Position numbers and translations under genes: made by a program. The notes under the pieces are model-generated. The model saw only the letters and a list, made by a program, of their open reading frames with translations. It was not told the DNA's origin and made no database searches. Below, piece after piece: positions 25,991 to 34,656 of a stretch of 64,000 nucleotides of DNA; position 1 is the first letter of the stretch, and the number at the start of each line of letters is the position of its first letter. The stretch covers positions 4,700-68,699 of the forward strand of contig CBDCRU010000002.1 of NCBI GenBank assembly GCA_965221115.1. The letters are read 5' to 3'. Origin of the DNA: Alphaproteobacteria bacterium (GTDB taxonomy: Bacteria > Pseudomonadota > Alphaproteobacteria > SP197).

Positions 25991-28040
25991 CGATATTGGT
26001 CCCAATGACCCCTTGCTGCAGCCCTACCGCCTGAAGCATCTCACGTTGAAGAACCGGATCATGTCGACGGCGCATGAACCGGGCTACACCGAGGACGGTC
26101 TCGTGGGAGAGCGCTACGTGCGCTACCACGAGGAGAAGGCCAGGGGCGGTATCGCGCTCACCATGATCGCCGGCTCCACCGTGGTCTCGAGGGATTCCGC
26201 CCAGGCCTTCATGAACGTCCAGGCGTGGAAGGACGAGGTGGTAAGAGGCCTGCGCCGGCTTGCCGACGCCTGCCACGACCACGGCGCGGCGGTGATGATC
26301 CAGCTCACCCATCTCGGACGGCGGACCAACTGGAACAAGGAGCACTGGCTCCCCGTCCTGGCGCCCTCGATGGTGCGCGAACCGGCCCATCGCGCCTTTC
26401 CCAAGGAGATGGAGGACTGGGACATCGAGAGGGTCGTCCGGGACTACGGACTGGCCGCCGCTCGCATGGCCGAGGCGGGCCTCGACGGAATCGAGTTCGA
26501 GGCCTACGGCCACCTGATGGACCAGTTCTGGTCTCCCGCCACCAACCGGCGCCGTGATCAGTGGGGCGGCAGTCTCGACAACCGCCTGCGCTTCGCCATG
26601 GCGGTGCTCGACGAGGTGCGCGGCGCCGTCGGCCCCGACTTCATCGTCGGCATCCGCATGTCCCTGGACGAGAACTGGCGCAAGGGCTACGAGCGCGCGA
26701 CAGGCCTCGAGATCGCCCGGAGGTTCATCGCCACCGGCAAGATCGATTTCCTGAACGTCATCAAGGGCCATATCGACCACGACCGGGCGCTGACCGACAT
26801 CATTCCGGTAGCCGGCATGCCGGCGTCGCCCCATCTCGACTTCGCCGGCGACATCCGCACCGAGACCCGGTTTCCGGTGTTCCACGCCAACAAGATCGCC
26901 GACATCGCCACGGCGCGTCACGCCATCGCCACCGGCCAGCTCGACATGGTGGGCATGACCCGGGCCCACATCGCCGATCCCCATATCGTCAACCGCATCA
27001 TCGAGGGGCGCGAGGACGACATCCGGCCCTGTGTTGGCGCCACCTACTGCCTCGAAAGCGTCTATGCGGGAACCGGCGCGCTCTGTGTCCACAATCCCTC
27101 GACCGGCCGCGAAACCTCGCTGCCGCAGCTGGTGGAACCGCGTTCCGGACCGGCGCGGCGCATCGTCGTGGTGGGCGCCGGACCGGCAGGCCTCGAAGCC
27201 GCCCGCGTCGCCGGAGAACGCGGCCATGACGTGGTCGTCCTGGAAGCGGCGAACCGGCCTGGCGGCCAGGTTCTCCTGGCGGCGCGCACGCCCAACCGCA
27301 AGGACCTGATCGGCATCGTCGACTGGCGCCTCTCACGCCTGACGCGACTGGGTATCGACGTGCGCTGCAACATGCTGGCGGGTGCGGACGACGTGCTCGC
27401 CCTCGACCCCGATGTCGTTCTCATCTGTACCGGCGGCGTGCCCAACAAGGAGATCCTCGACGAGGGTACCGGCCTTGCCGTCAGTTCCTGGGACCTGCTT
27501 TCCGGAACCGTCGCTCCGGCGGCCGACGTCCTGGTCTTCGACGACAACGGCCATCAGCCGGGCATGCAGGCCGCCTGGCTGGCGGCCGACGCCGGATCAA
27601 GGGTGGAGATCGTCTCGCCGGAACGCACATTCGCGCCCGAACTGGGAGCGCTCACCCACGCGCCCTACGCCGAGTTCTTCCAGGAGCACGACGTCACCAT
27701 CACCATCAACACCAGGGTCTCGAAGCTTGAGGCGAGCGGCAACCGCCTGCGGGCGACGCTGTTCAGCGAGTTTACCGAGAGCGACATCGGCGAACGCCTG
27801 GTCGATCAGGTGGTGATCGAGCACGGCACCCTTCCCGCCGATGATCTCTATTTCGAGCTGCGTGACCTGTCGGTCAATCGCGGAGAGGTGGACTATGGGG
27901 CGCTGATCCGGCGCCGGCCCCAGGAGGTCTGCAGGAACCCCGGGGGAACCTTCCAGCTCTTCCGCCTCGGCGATGCCGTCGAGAGCCGCAACATTCACGC
28001 CGCGGTCTACGACGCCGTGCGCCTCGTCGGCGTCATGTAG
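25974..28040 (+). CDS. NADH:flavin oxidoreductase (OYE-like N-domain fused to an FAD/NAD(P)-binding domain; N-methylproline demethylase / 2,4-dienoyl-CoA reductase-like)
   Basis: LLQPYRLKHLTLKNRIMSTAHEP OYE start, and VVVGAGPAGLEAARVAGERGHDVVVLEA second dinucleotide fold. GTG 25974 overlaps the tnpB stop. Confidence 0.8.
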   Translation: MSRSVNDIGPNDPLLQPYRLKHLTLKNRIMSTAHEPGYTEDGLVGERYVRYHEEKARGGIALTMIAGSTVVSRDSAQAFMNVQAWKDEVVRGLRRLADACHDHGAAVMIQLTHLGRRTNWNKEHWLPVLAPSMVREPAHRAFPKEMEDWDIERVVRDYGLAAARMAEAGLDGIEFEAYGHLMDQFWSPATNRRRDQWGGSLDNRLRFAMAVLDEVRGAVGPDFIVGIRMSLDENWRKGYERATGLEIARRFIATGKIDFLNVIKGHIDHDRALTDIIPVAGMPASPHLDFAGDIRTETRFPVFHANKIADIATARHAIATGQLDMVGMTRAHIADPHIVNRIIEGREDDIRPCVGATYCLESVYAGTGALCVHNPSTGRETSLPQLVEPRSGPARRIVVVGAGPAGLEAARVAGERGHDVVVLEAANRPGGQVLLAARTPNRKDLIGIVDWRLSRLTRLGIDVRCNMLAGADDVLALDPDVVLICTGGVPNKEILDEGTGLAVSSWDLLSGTVAPAADVLVFDDNGHQPGMQAAWLAADAGSRVEIVSPERTFAPELGALTHAPYAEFFQEHDVTITINTRVSKLEASGNRLRATLFSEFTESDIGERLVDQVVIEHGTLPADDLYFELRDLSVNRGEVDYGALIRRRPQEVCRNPGGTFQLFRLGDAVESRNIHAAVYDAVRLVGVM

Positions 28041-28045
28041 AAACT

Positions 28046-28077
28046 GAAGGGCAGCCGGCCGGAGCCGGCTGCCCTTC
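28046..28077. terminator. 14-bp GC-rich hairpin between convergent genes
   Basis: GAAGGGCAGCCGGC-CGGA-GCCGGCTGCCCTTC. No clear U-tract. Confidence 0.55.
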
Positions 28078-28087
28078 GCACATCAGA

Positions 28088-28276
28088 CTACTTCTGTTCC
28101 TCGACCAGACGCTTTGCTTCTGCCTCTGCTCGATTCTCCGCGATGATCGACGCGACGACCGTGCCGACACACAGGAGAACTGAAATCCACAGGAAGAGAT
28201 GAACACCTCCGGATCCGGCATAACTGTAGATCGCGGTGGCTCCTTCCCAAGACTCGATTGGGCTTCCACCAAACAT
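28088..28276 (-). CDS. Small single-pass membrane protein (62 aa) downstream of amt
   Basis: ATG preceded by AAAGGAGAAAACC. One TM helix (VHLFLWISVLLCVGTVVASII) and a charged C-tail. 37 nt after the amt stop. Confidence 0.6.
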   Translation of the reverse strand: MFGGSPIESWEGATAIYSYAGSGGVHLFLWISVLLCVGTVVASIIAENRAEAEAKRLVEEQK

Positions 28277-28313
28277 GGTTTTCTCCTTTCAGGTTATCTG
28301 CCCTGAACGCAGC

Positions 28314-29615
28314 TCAGCCGCGCCAGTGGAGGTGTGAGGTGATCTGCTCGGGATAGGCAGGAGACGGAATCTCCAGATCCATGCCGACCTGCTGGATTTC
28401 GTCGCTTGCACGCAGGATGCCGAACATCTTGAGGATGAGCGACACCACGTAGCCCGGCACGAAGCCAATGAGCACCATGACCACACAACCGACAAGCTGA
28501 CCCCAGAAGGTGATGCCCGGTATGGACTCCGAGACGGCCGGATAGCCGTCGAGGAAGATGCCGCAGGCAAGGACACCGAGGATTCCGCAGAAACCGTGCA
28601 CCGACACGGCGCCGACGGCATCGTCGATGCGCAGCTTCTCGAGGAAGCGCTGGCCATAGGGGATCAGGACACCGCCGGCAAAGCCGAGGGCGAACGCCAG
28701 TGGCGGATAGTAGAGATCGAGCCCGGCAGCGGCAGCAAAGATACCGCCGAGCGCGCCCGACATCATCCAGAAGGGATCACGGGTGACCGCGTAGGCACCG
28801 ATGATTCCGCCACCGAAACTCATCAGCAGGTTGAACGACCACGCCGAAAGCGTCGTCGGACCGCCGTAGATGTTCCCCCACTGGCCCGTGCCGTTGTAGA
28901 GCAGGCAGGCGCCCATGAAGCCGACGAAGCCGATGATGATGATCATCAGGCCGGCAATCGTCATCGGCACGCTGTGGCCCTGGAGATTGTTGATCTCGCC
29001 ATTGGGACCGAACTTGCCGATACGTGGACCGAGGTTGATCAGCACGCCGAGCGCGAAGAAGCCGGAGATGATGTGCACCACGCCGGATGCACCGACATCA
29101 TGGTAGCCGAACTCGGTCACGAGCCAGCCTTCCGGATGCCATCCCCACGAGGCGCCAATCAGCCAGGCAAACGAGCCCAGCACTACGGCGAGGATGATGA
29201 ACGATCCAAGGCGGATGCGTTCGATGACGGACCCGGACATAATTGAGGCGGTGGTGGCCGAGAAGAGCACGAAGGCTCCCCAGATGACACCGGTGATGTT
29301 GTCCTCAAGATTGGGACCCATGTACTCGTTCCACGGTTCCCCGAACAATCCGTAGTCCATGTTGGGGACGATGCCGTGCGGGAAGGCGAGGTAGACCCAC
29401 CAGCCGAACATGAACATCGTCGGAATGATGAAGGCGAAGGCGAGAATGTTCTTGCAGCCTGACGCCAGCGTGTTCTTCACCCGCGAGGCTCCCATCTCGT
29501 ACATCAGGAACCCTGCGTGAATGGCGACCATGAGACCGATCGCCCACCAGTAGTACGCTTCGGCACTGATCGCTGTCGACCATTCGACCGCCGCTTGAAG
29601 TTCTTCAGGAGTCAT
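28314..29615 (-). CDS. amt: Ammonium transporter family protein (Amt/MEP)
   Basis: 433 aa with 11-12 TM helices. Conserved DVGASGVVHIISG and AVSVHGFCGILG (twin-His pore). Confidence 0.9.
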   Translation of the reverse strand: MTPEELQAAVEWSTAISAEAYYWWAIGLMVAIHAGFLMYEMGASRVKNTLASGCKNILAFAFIIPTMFMFGWWVYLAFPHGIVPNMDYGLFGEPWNEYMGPNLEDNITGVIWGAFVLFSATTASIMSGSVIERIRLGSFIILAVVLGSFAWLIGASWGWHPEGWLVTEFGYHDVGASGVVHIISGFFALGVLINLGPRIGKFGPNGEINNLQGHSVPMTIAGLMIIIIGFVGFMGACLLYNGTGQWGNIYGGPTTLSAWSFNLLMSFGGGIIGAYAVTRDPFWMMSGALGGIFAAAAGLDLYYPPLAFALGFAGGVLIPYGQRFLEKLRIDDAVGAVSVHGFCGILGVLACGIFLDGYPAVSESIPGITFWGQLVGCVVMVLIGFVPGYVVSLILKMFGILRASDEIQQVGMDLEIPSPAYPEQITSHLHWRG

Positions 29616-29693
29616 GTGATTGAACTCTCCTTCCAGTGTTGGATGCTCCCTTTCCGGCCCTCCTCGGATCAGCCGGCCGCCGGGCCGCGGATG

Positions 29694-31064
29694 TCAGAAG
29701 AAGCGCAGGTAACGGTCACGCTCCCACTCGCTGACATGGTTGAGGTAGGCCAGCCACTCGTCCCGCTTGTAGGCGAGCCAGGCCCCGAACATGGTGTCAC
29801 CGAACGTCCTCTTCGCCAGGTCACTCGCGGCGAAGGCATCTAGAGCCTCGCCGAGCGTGCGCGGCAGGGTGGCGACGCCGGCCCTCCGGCGCTCGTCTTC
29901 GGTGGTGACGTAGAGATTCTCGCGGTGCGGTTCACCCGGATCGAGTTCCTCGCGGATGCCCTCGAGGCCGGCCGCCAGGACCATGGCGGCGCCGAGATAG
30001 GGGTTGCCCGAGGAATCGGCGAGGCGCAGTTCGACGCGCCCTCCGCCACCGGGGATGCGGATGGTGTTGGTACGGTTGTTGTTGCCGTACGAACAGAAGA
30101 CGGGCGCCCAGGTGAACCCCGAATTGCTGCCCTTGAGGATGAGGCGCTTGTAGCTGTTGACGGTCGGCGCCACCACGGCCGATATGGCGGGCAGGTGGCG
30201 CAGCAGTCCGGCAACGAAGTGATAACCCGGCGCCGAGAGGCCGCAGCCCCTGGGATCGTCGTCCGCCACAAACATATTGGCGCCGGTCGCCGTGTCGTAG
30301 AGCGACATGTTGAAATGCGCGCCGCTTCCGGCGTAGTCGCCGAAGGGCTTGGGCATGAACGAGGCAAAGCCGCCATGGCGCCTCGCGAATTCGCCTGCCA
30401 TGCGGCGGAAGAAGACGACACGGTCGGCCATGGTCATGACGTCGGCATAGGAAAAGTCGATCTCGAACTGGCCGATGCCGTCTTCGTGATCGAAGCTGTA
30501 GACGTCCCAGCCCAATCCATTCATGGCGTCGACGAGTTCGCCCATCCAGCCGATGTTGTCCAGCAGCCGCGAGGTGTCATAGGCGGGCTTGTCGAGATTG
30601 TGCCGCGGGCTCATCGGCTGGCACTGCGAGCCGTCGTCGCGGAACACGAAGAACTCCGTCTCGACACCCAGATTCATGCCGAGACCGAGGGATCCGGCCT
30701 CCTCGACGACACGGCCTAGAATGTTCCGGCTGCACGGCTCGAAGGGTTTTCCCTCGCAGAAGAGATTGCTGGCGAACCAGGCGACATCGGGCATCCACGG
30801 CTGGATCGTGCATGAGGCGGGGTCCGGGTGGGCCGCGACTTCCTCGTCGCTGATGTCCTGAGGCACGCCGTCCACTGCCGCACCGGTGCACAGTTCCGAA
30901 CCCGTCATGGCCCGGTCGAAGTGGCTCATGGGCACCATCTTCGACTTCGACACACCGTGCATGTCGACATAGGAAGGAAGCAGGAACCTCACTTCGGACT
31001 CGATCAGGAACGATTTCAGGTCGTCAAGACTGGTCGTCTGGAACCGGGAAACTGTCTTCTCCAC
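29694..31064 (-). CDS. Glutamine synthetase-family protein (GlnT/PuuA/GmaS-like)
   Basis: GS catalytic motifs GVETEFFVF, GSGAHFNMSL, VNSYKRL and NRTNTIRIP. Confidence 0.85.
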   Translation of the reverse strand: MEKTVSRFQTTSLDDLKSFLIESEVRFLLPSYVDMHGVSKSKMVPMSHFDRAMTGSELCTGAAVDGVPQDISDEEVAAHPDPASCTIQPWMPDVAWFASNLFCEGKPFEPCSRNILGRVVEEAGSLGLGMNLGVETEFFVFRDDGSQCQPMSPRHNLDKPAYDTSRLLDNIGWMGELVDAMNGLGWDVYSFDHEDGIGQFEIDFSYADVMTMADRVVFFRRMAGEFARRHGGFASFMPKPFGDYAGSGAHFNMSLYDTATGANMFVADDDPRGCGLSAPGYHFVAGLLRHLPAISAVVAPTVNSYKRLILKGSNSGFTWAPVFCSYGNNNRTNTIRIPGGGGRVELRLADSSGNPYLGAAMVLAAGLEGIREELDPGEPHRENLYVTTEDERRRAGVATLPRTLGEALDAFAASDLAKRTFGDTMFGAWLAYKRDEWLAYLNHVSEWERDRYLRFF

Positions 31065-31161
31065 GCCGCTCCCTCAACTTCGGCTGCAGCACAACACCCG
31101 CAATTGTCCGCAAAGTCAAGGCAGGGTAAACCGCCTTCTCCCATCGGCACCGTGGTTTGCC

Positions 31162-32052
31162 ATGAATGACCAGCCCGGACTTGCCATTGCCTCGGTGATC
31201 GCCGGTGTCTGCCTGCTCACCGTCTGCGACGTCCTCGCCAAGATGGTGACGCAGGCCATTGATCCCTTCAGTTTCATCCTGCTGAGAAGCTGCGTCGCGT
31301 TCGTGCCGGTCCTTGTCGCGCTCTCCGTCAGCCGTACCTGGCGTTATCTCAGGACCCGCCGCCCTTGGGGACAGGCCTGCCGCGGAATGGCCATGGCGCT
31401 GGCCTACACCTTCTACCTGAGGGCCATCCTGGAACTCCCGATCGCGGACGCCGCCGCCGTCACCTATTCGTCTCCCTTCATCGTGGCGGTCCTGAGCGGC
31501 ATCTTCCTGGGCGAAAGGGTCTCGCTGATCCGCTGGCTGGCGATCTCCGTCGGATTCGCGGGGGCCCTCGTCATCGTGCAGCCCGGCAGCGACGCTTTCC
31601 GGCCGGCGGCGCTGTGGGGCGTCGCCGCCGCCGTTTGCGTGGCCTTCACGGTGCTTCTGGCGCGACGCCTGGGAACGACCGAACCAGCGCCGGTGACCTC
31701 CTTCTACACCACCGTCGCCTTTGCCCTGACCGGGCTCGTGCCGGTCCTGGTCGTCCCCGGCACCTGGCAGATGGCCGAGGGAATCAACCTCTGGCTCATC
31801 GTTCTCGCCGGTCTGCTCGCCGGTTCCGCCCACTTCCTCATCATCTTCGCCTACCGCAAGGGAGAGGCGAGCTTCGTCGTTCCCTTCGAGTACTCGTCCC
31901 TCCTGGTGGCGGTGATCCTGGGCTACCTCGTCTTCGGCGATGTCCCGACCGTCATGGTGGCCATCGGCATGATGCTTGTCGCCCTTGCCGGAATCATTCT
32001 CGCACGCCGGGGTAAGGCCCGAGAGCGCGGTGGTTCCATGCACCGGAGTTGA
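31162..32052 (+). CDS. DMT-superfamily transporter (EamA-like)
   Basis: 296 aa, 10 predicted TM helices in two EamA-like halves. Confidence 0.8.
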   Translation: MNDQPGLAIASVIAGVCLLTVCDVLAKMVTQAIDPFSFILLRSCVAFVPVLVALSVSRTWRYLRTRRPWGQACRGMAMALAYTFYLRAILELPIADAAAVTYSSPFIVAVLSGIFLGERVSLIRWLAISVGFAGALVIVQPGSDAFRPAALWGVAAAVCVAFTVLLARRLGTTEPAPVTSFYTTVAFALTGLVPVLVVPGTWQMAEGINLWLIVLAGLLAGSAHFLIIFAYRKGEASFVVPFEYSSLLVAVILGYLVFGDVPTVMVAIGMMLVALAGIILARRGKARERGGSMHRS

Positions 32053-32085
32053 CCATGCACAGGCAGGTGGCCATAAGCTCATCCC

Positions 32086-32373
32086 ATGGCCACCACGACC
32101 ATCAAGTTGACCTGCTCGCTCGACGTCGACACGGCGCGGCAGCTGGAAAAGCTCGCAACACACTGGAACACGTCGAAGTCCGGTGCATTGCGCCGCGCCA
32201 TCCGCTCGGCGGCGGCAGGCGTCCATTCCGGTCACAACGAAGCGCTTGATGCGCTCGATCGCTTGCAGGACATGCTCGCGCTCGATCACGACTCGGCACA
32301 CGCCTGGGCGGATGAGGTCACGCGGGAACGCAAGGCCGGCAAAGACGGGGGCACGCCGCAGGCCTTCGGGTGA
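32086..32373 (+). CDS. Ribbon-helix-helix antitoxin-like protein
   Basis: TIKLTCSLDVDTARQLEKLATHWNTSKSGALRRAI is an RHH (CopG/VapB-like) N-terminus. Stop overlaps the GTG of a decayed PIN gene. Confidence 0.65.
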   Translation: MATTTIKLTCSLDVDTARQLEKLATHWNTSKSGALRRAIRSAAAGVHSGHNEALDALDRLQDMLALDHDSAHAWADEVTRERKAGKDGGTPQAFG

Positions 32374-32561
32374 TCCAACTGGACACCGGATTCCCGGTCC
32401 CTTTGGTTCGCACGAGGGTGCGCGGGTCCACTGATGGCTGACGGCACAGGCGCCGTGAGCACGGTTGCCTGATTGCCGCGGGCGCCGCTGTCGCGACTTC
32501 CAATCCGGGTGACTTTAGCCGGTTCTCCTTGTTCGGGCTGAACCTGGCCTGGAACCCTGGT
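32370..32561 (+). pseudogene. Decayed vapC (PIN) gene: N- and C-terminal pieces only, in-frame TGA
   Basis: VIQLDTGF (PIN start), then TGA at 32439..32441, then in the same frame HGCLIAAGAAVATSNPGDFSRFSLFGLNLAWNP (PIN C-terminus). Only ~63 codons span what should be ~130. Confidence 0.65.
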
Positions 32562-32579
32562 GATTCTTCCGGGTTTCCC

Positions 32580-33590
32580 TCACGACGTCTCCCTTGGCGA
32601 CGCCATGGCCGTATCAAGCATGTCCATGTGGTCGCTGCCGAAATAGAGCTTGCCGCGGAAGATGAAGGCGGGGACGCCGAAGAGGCCAGCCTCGACGGCC
32701 TCGCGGGTGTTGGCGCCAATGACCGCCTTGTAGTGGGGATCGGCGGCGATGTCCGCCATGGACCGGGGACCGAGACCCACCCGGTCCGCCATCTCCTGGA
32801 GTACGTCCGGATCGGTGATGTCCGCGCCCTCGGCCCAGTAGGCGCGCATCACCTGTTCCACGAAGGGTTCGGCAAGGCTTGAGTCGGCGGCATGGGCCAT
32901 GCAGCGCAGCGCCCGCGAAGGCCTCATCGGCTGCCCGTCATGCGGATGGTAGGGCAGTCCCGCTGCGGCCATGTGGTCCTCGATGTCCTGGAGGTACCAG
33001 GCGCGACGCTGCGGACTTTGTTCCATGGGTCTCATGCCATCGACCGCAACCATGAGACTAGCGAGGTGGACCGGCCGCCAGTCGACGCCGACCCCCCGGC
33101 GCCGCGCCAACCGGCCAATGGTGAGCGAGGCGAGGTAGGACCAGGGAGAGATGACGTCGAACCAGAAGGAGACACGTTCCCCTGCCGCAGGTGCCGCTAC
33201 CGGAGTGGAGTGGGAGGCGCCCTCGAGGAACCGCGCCAGGGACACGACGACCCTTTGGTGCTCCCCCGTCATCACCTCGCGGCCGTCCTGGCGGGCGGTC
33301 ACGGCAAAGGTGACCCTGCGCCCGTCGACCGCCGTGATCCTGGCTTCGACCGCGACCGGCCTTGCCGTCCAGGCGGGACCTGTGTGATCGACGGCCACTC
33401 GGGCGCCAACCGATGCCTCGCCGTCCTCGAGCGCCGGGTGCAGGAGGTCGCCGCACACCTCTTCCACCCAGAGAATCAGGGTCACCGTCGCCGCCACGTC
33501 GACCCCGGCATTGCCGACGGCCGCAGCGGTATCGCTTGCATCGGGGGTGAAGAGACGGGTCCGGCGCAGGCCCGTGGTCAGACGACGCAC
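32580..33590 (-). CDS. Fusion protein: hotdog-fold thioesterase (FlK-like) plus DsbA-like 2-hydroxychromene-2-carboxylate isomerase
   Basis: N-part ATVTLILWVEEVCGDLL...SVGARVAVDHTGP...GEHQRVVV. C-part VSFWFDVISPWSYLA...GVPAFIFRGKLYFGSDHMDML. GTG 33590 chosen; ATG 33719 would overlap PhyH by 140 nt. Confidence 0.7.
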   Translation of the reverse strand: MRRLTTGLRRTRLFTPDASDTAAAVGNAGVDVAATVTLILWVEEVCGDLLHPALEDGEASVGARVAVDHTGPAWTARPVAVEARITAVDGRRVTFAVTARQDGREVMTGEHQRVVVSLARFLEGASHSTPVAAPAAGERVSFWFDVISPWSYLASLTIGRLARRRGVGVDWRPVHLASLMVAVDGMRPMEQSPQRRAWYLQDIEDHMAAAGLPYHPHDGQPMRPSRALRCMAHAADSSLAEPFVEQVMRAYWAEGADITDPDVLQEMADRVGLGPRSMADIAADPHYKAVIGANTREAVEAGLFGVPAFIFRGKLYFGSDHMDMLDTAMASPRETS

Positions 33591-34408
33591 GACGCCCCGG
33601 GCCAGCAGAGAGGAAACTCGGGCGCGATCATTTCGGTTCCCGGATCGAGGGAGACGCCCCGGAAGGGCGGGGATGTCGGACCGGGCCGCACCGCAAAGCG
33701 TGCATCGTCGCCGATCCATCTCATGGAGATGGCCCGCCTCGGGGTCACGAGGGAACGGTTGGCCGGTGCGCCATGGACCGTCAGGAAGTGGAAGCAGATG
33801 GCATCGCCCGGCTCAAGTTTGAAGCCGCGGATGTCGAAGGCCGAACGGTCGGCGTCGATGTCAGGCAGCGGCTCGTGGTCATCGTCGTCTCCGTAGAGCG
33901 GCTGGCCGTTGAACCGTTCGGGTGTGAAGGTGCGCTGCCAGTTGTGCGAACCGGCAATGAACTCCGGGCTGGTGTCACGCGCCACCGGATCCACCGGCAC
34001 CCACATGGAAACGTTCTGCCGGCCGTCAACGCAATAGTAGGGCTGGTCGTGGTGCCACGGCGTCCCGAGATCGGCTCCGGCCTCCTTGACGAGCACGTGT
34101 TCGTGGAAGAAACGGGCGGTCGCGGAACCCATGAGATCGGCCGCGATCCGGGCGCCGGGCCCGTGCCGCACGAAGGTCTCGTATTCCGGTATTCTCTGCC
34201 AGTTGCAGTAGTCGCTCATGAACAGCCTGCCGGCCTCGTCGTGGTAGAGCTTGGCGTCCTCTCCCGGCTCGTCGAGGTTCTTCTCGATCCCGAGGCGGAG
34301 CATGTCGACCCACTCCGAGAAGACACCGCGAAGACAGACGACGCCATCCTTGCGAAACTCCTCCACCTGTTCCTCTCCTCCCGGGGTTGCAGGATCAAGG
34401 ACCGCCAT
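33578..34408 (-). CDS. Phytanoyl-CoA dioxygenase (PhyH) family Fe(II)/2-oxoglutarate oxygenase
   Basis: PWHHDQPYY (HxD) and FLTVHGAPAN second His region. ATG 34408 lies 2 nt after the MoaD-like stop. Confidence 0.8.
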   Translation of the reverse strand: MAVLDPATPGGEEQVEEFRKDGVVCLRGVFSEWVDMLRLGIEKNLDEPGEDAKLYHDEAGRLFMSDYCNWQRIPEYETFVRHGPGARIAADLMGSATARFFHEHVLVKEAGADLGTPWHHDQPYYCVDGRQNVSMWVPVDPVARDTSPEFIAGSHNWQRTFTPERFNGQPLYGDDDDHEPLPDIDADRSAFDIRGFKLEPGDAICFHFLTVHGAPANRSLVTPRRAISMRWIGDDARFAVRPGPTSPPFRGVSLDPGTEMIAPEFPLCWPGASCVV

Positions 34409-34410
34409 GA

Positions 34411-34656
34411 CTATCCTCCGGCGACACGCGGCATGAGATAGACCTCCGCGCCGTCGGGCACGCGCTGCAGCAGCGAATCGCGGTAGATGCGGCCGTCGAT
34501 GGCAACCGCGACGCCCCGATCGAGTACCGCCGAGAGCTCGGGATAGGCGCCCTGGAGACGCTCGAGCACCTGCCCGACCGTGCCGGCTTCGACCGGAAAC
34601 GACTGTCGTCCACCCGCCATGGACCGCAGCGTCGCGCCGAGCCGGACGTCGATCAT
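34411..34656 (-). CDS. MoaD/ThiS-family ubiquitin-like small protein ending in Gly-Gly
   Basis: 81 aa. PDGAEVYLMPRVAGG-stop resembles the MoaD C-terminus (DGDEVAFFPPVTGG). Start overlaps the upstream gene stop. Confidence 0.8.
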   Translation of the reverse strand: MIDVRLGATLRSMAGGRQSFPVEAGTVGQVLERLQGAYPELSAVLDRGVAVAIDGRIYRDSLLQRVPDGAEVYLMPRVAGG

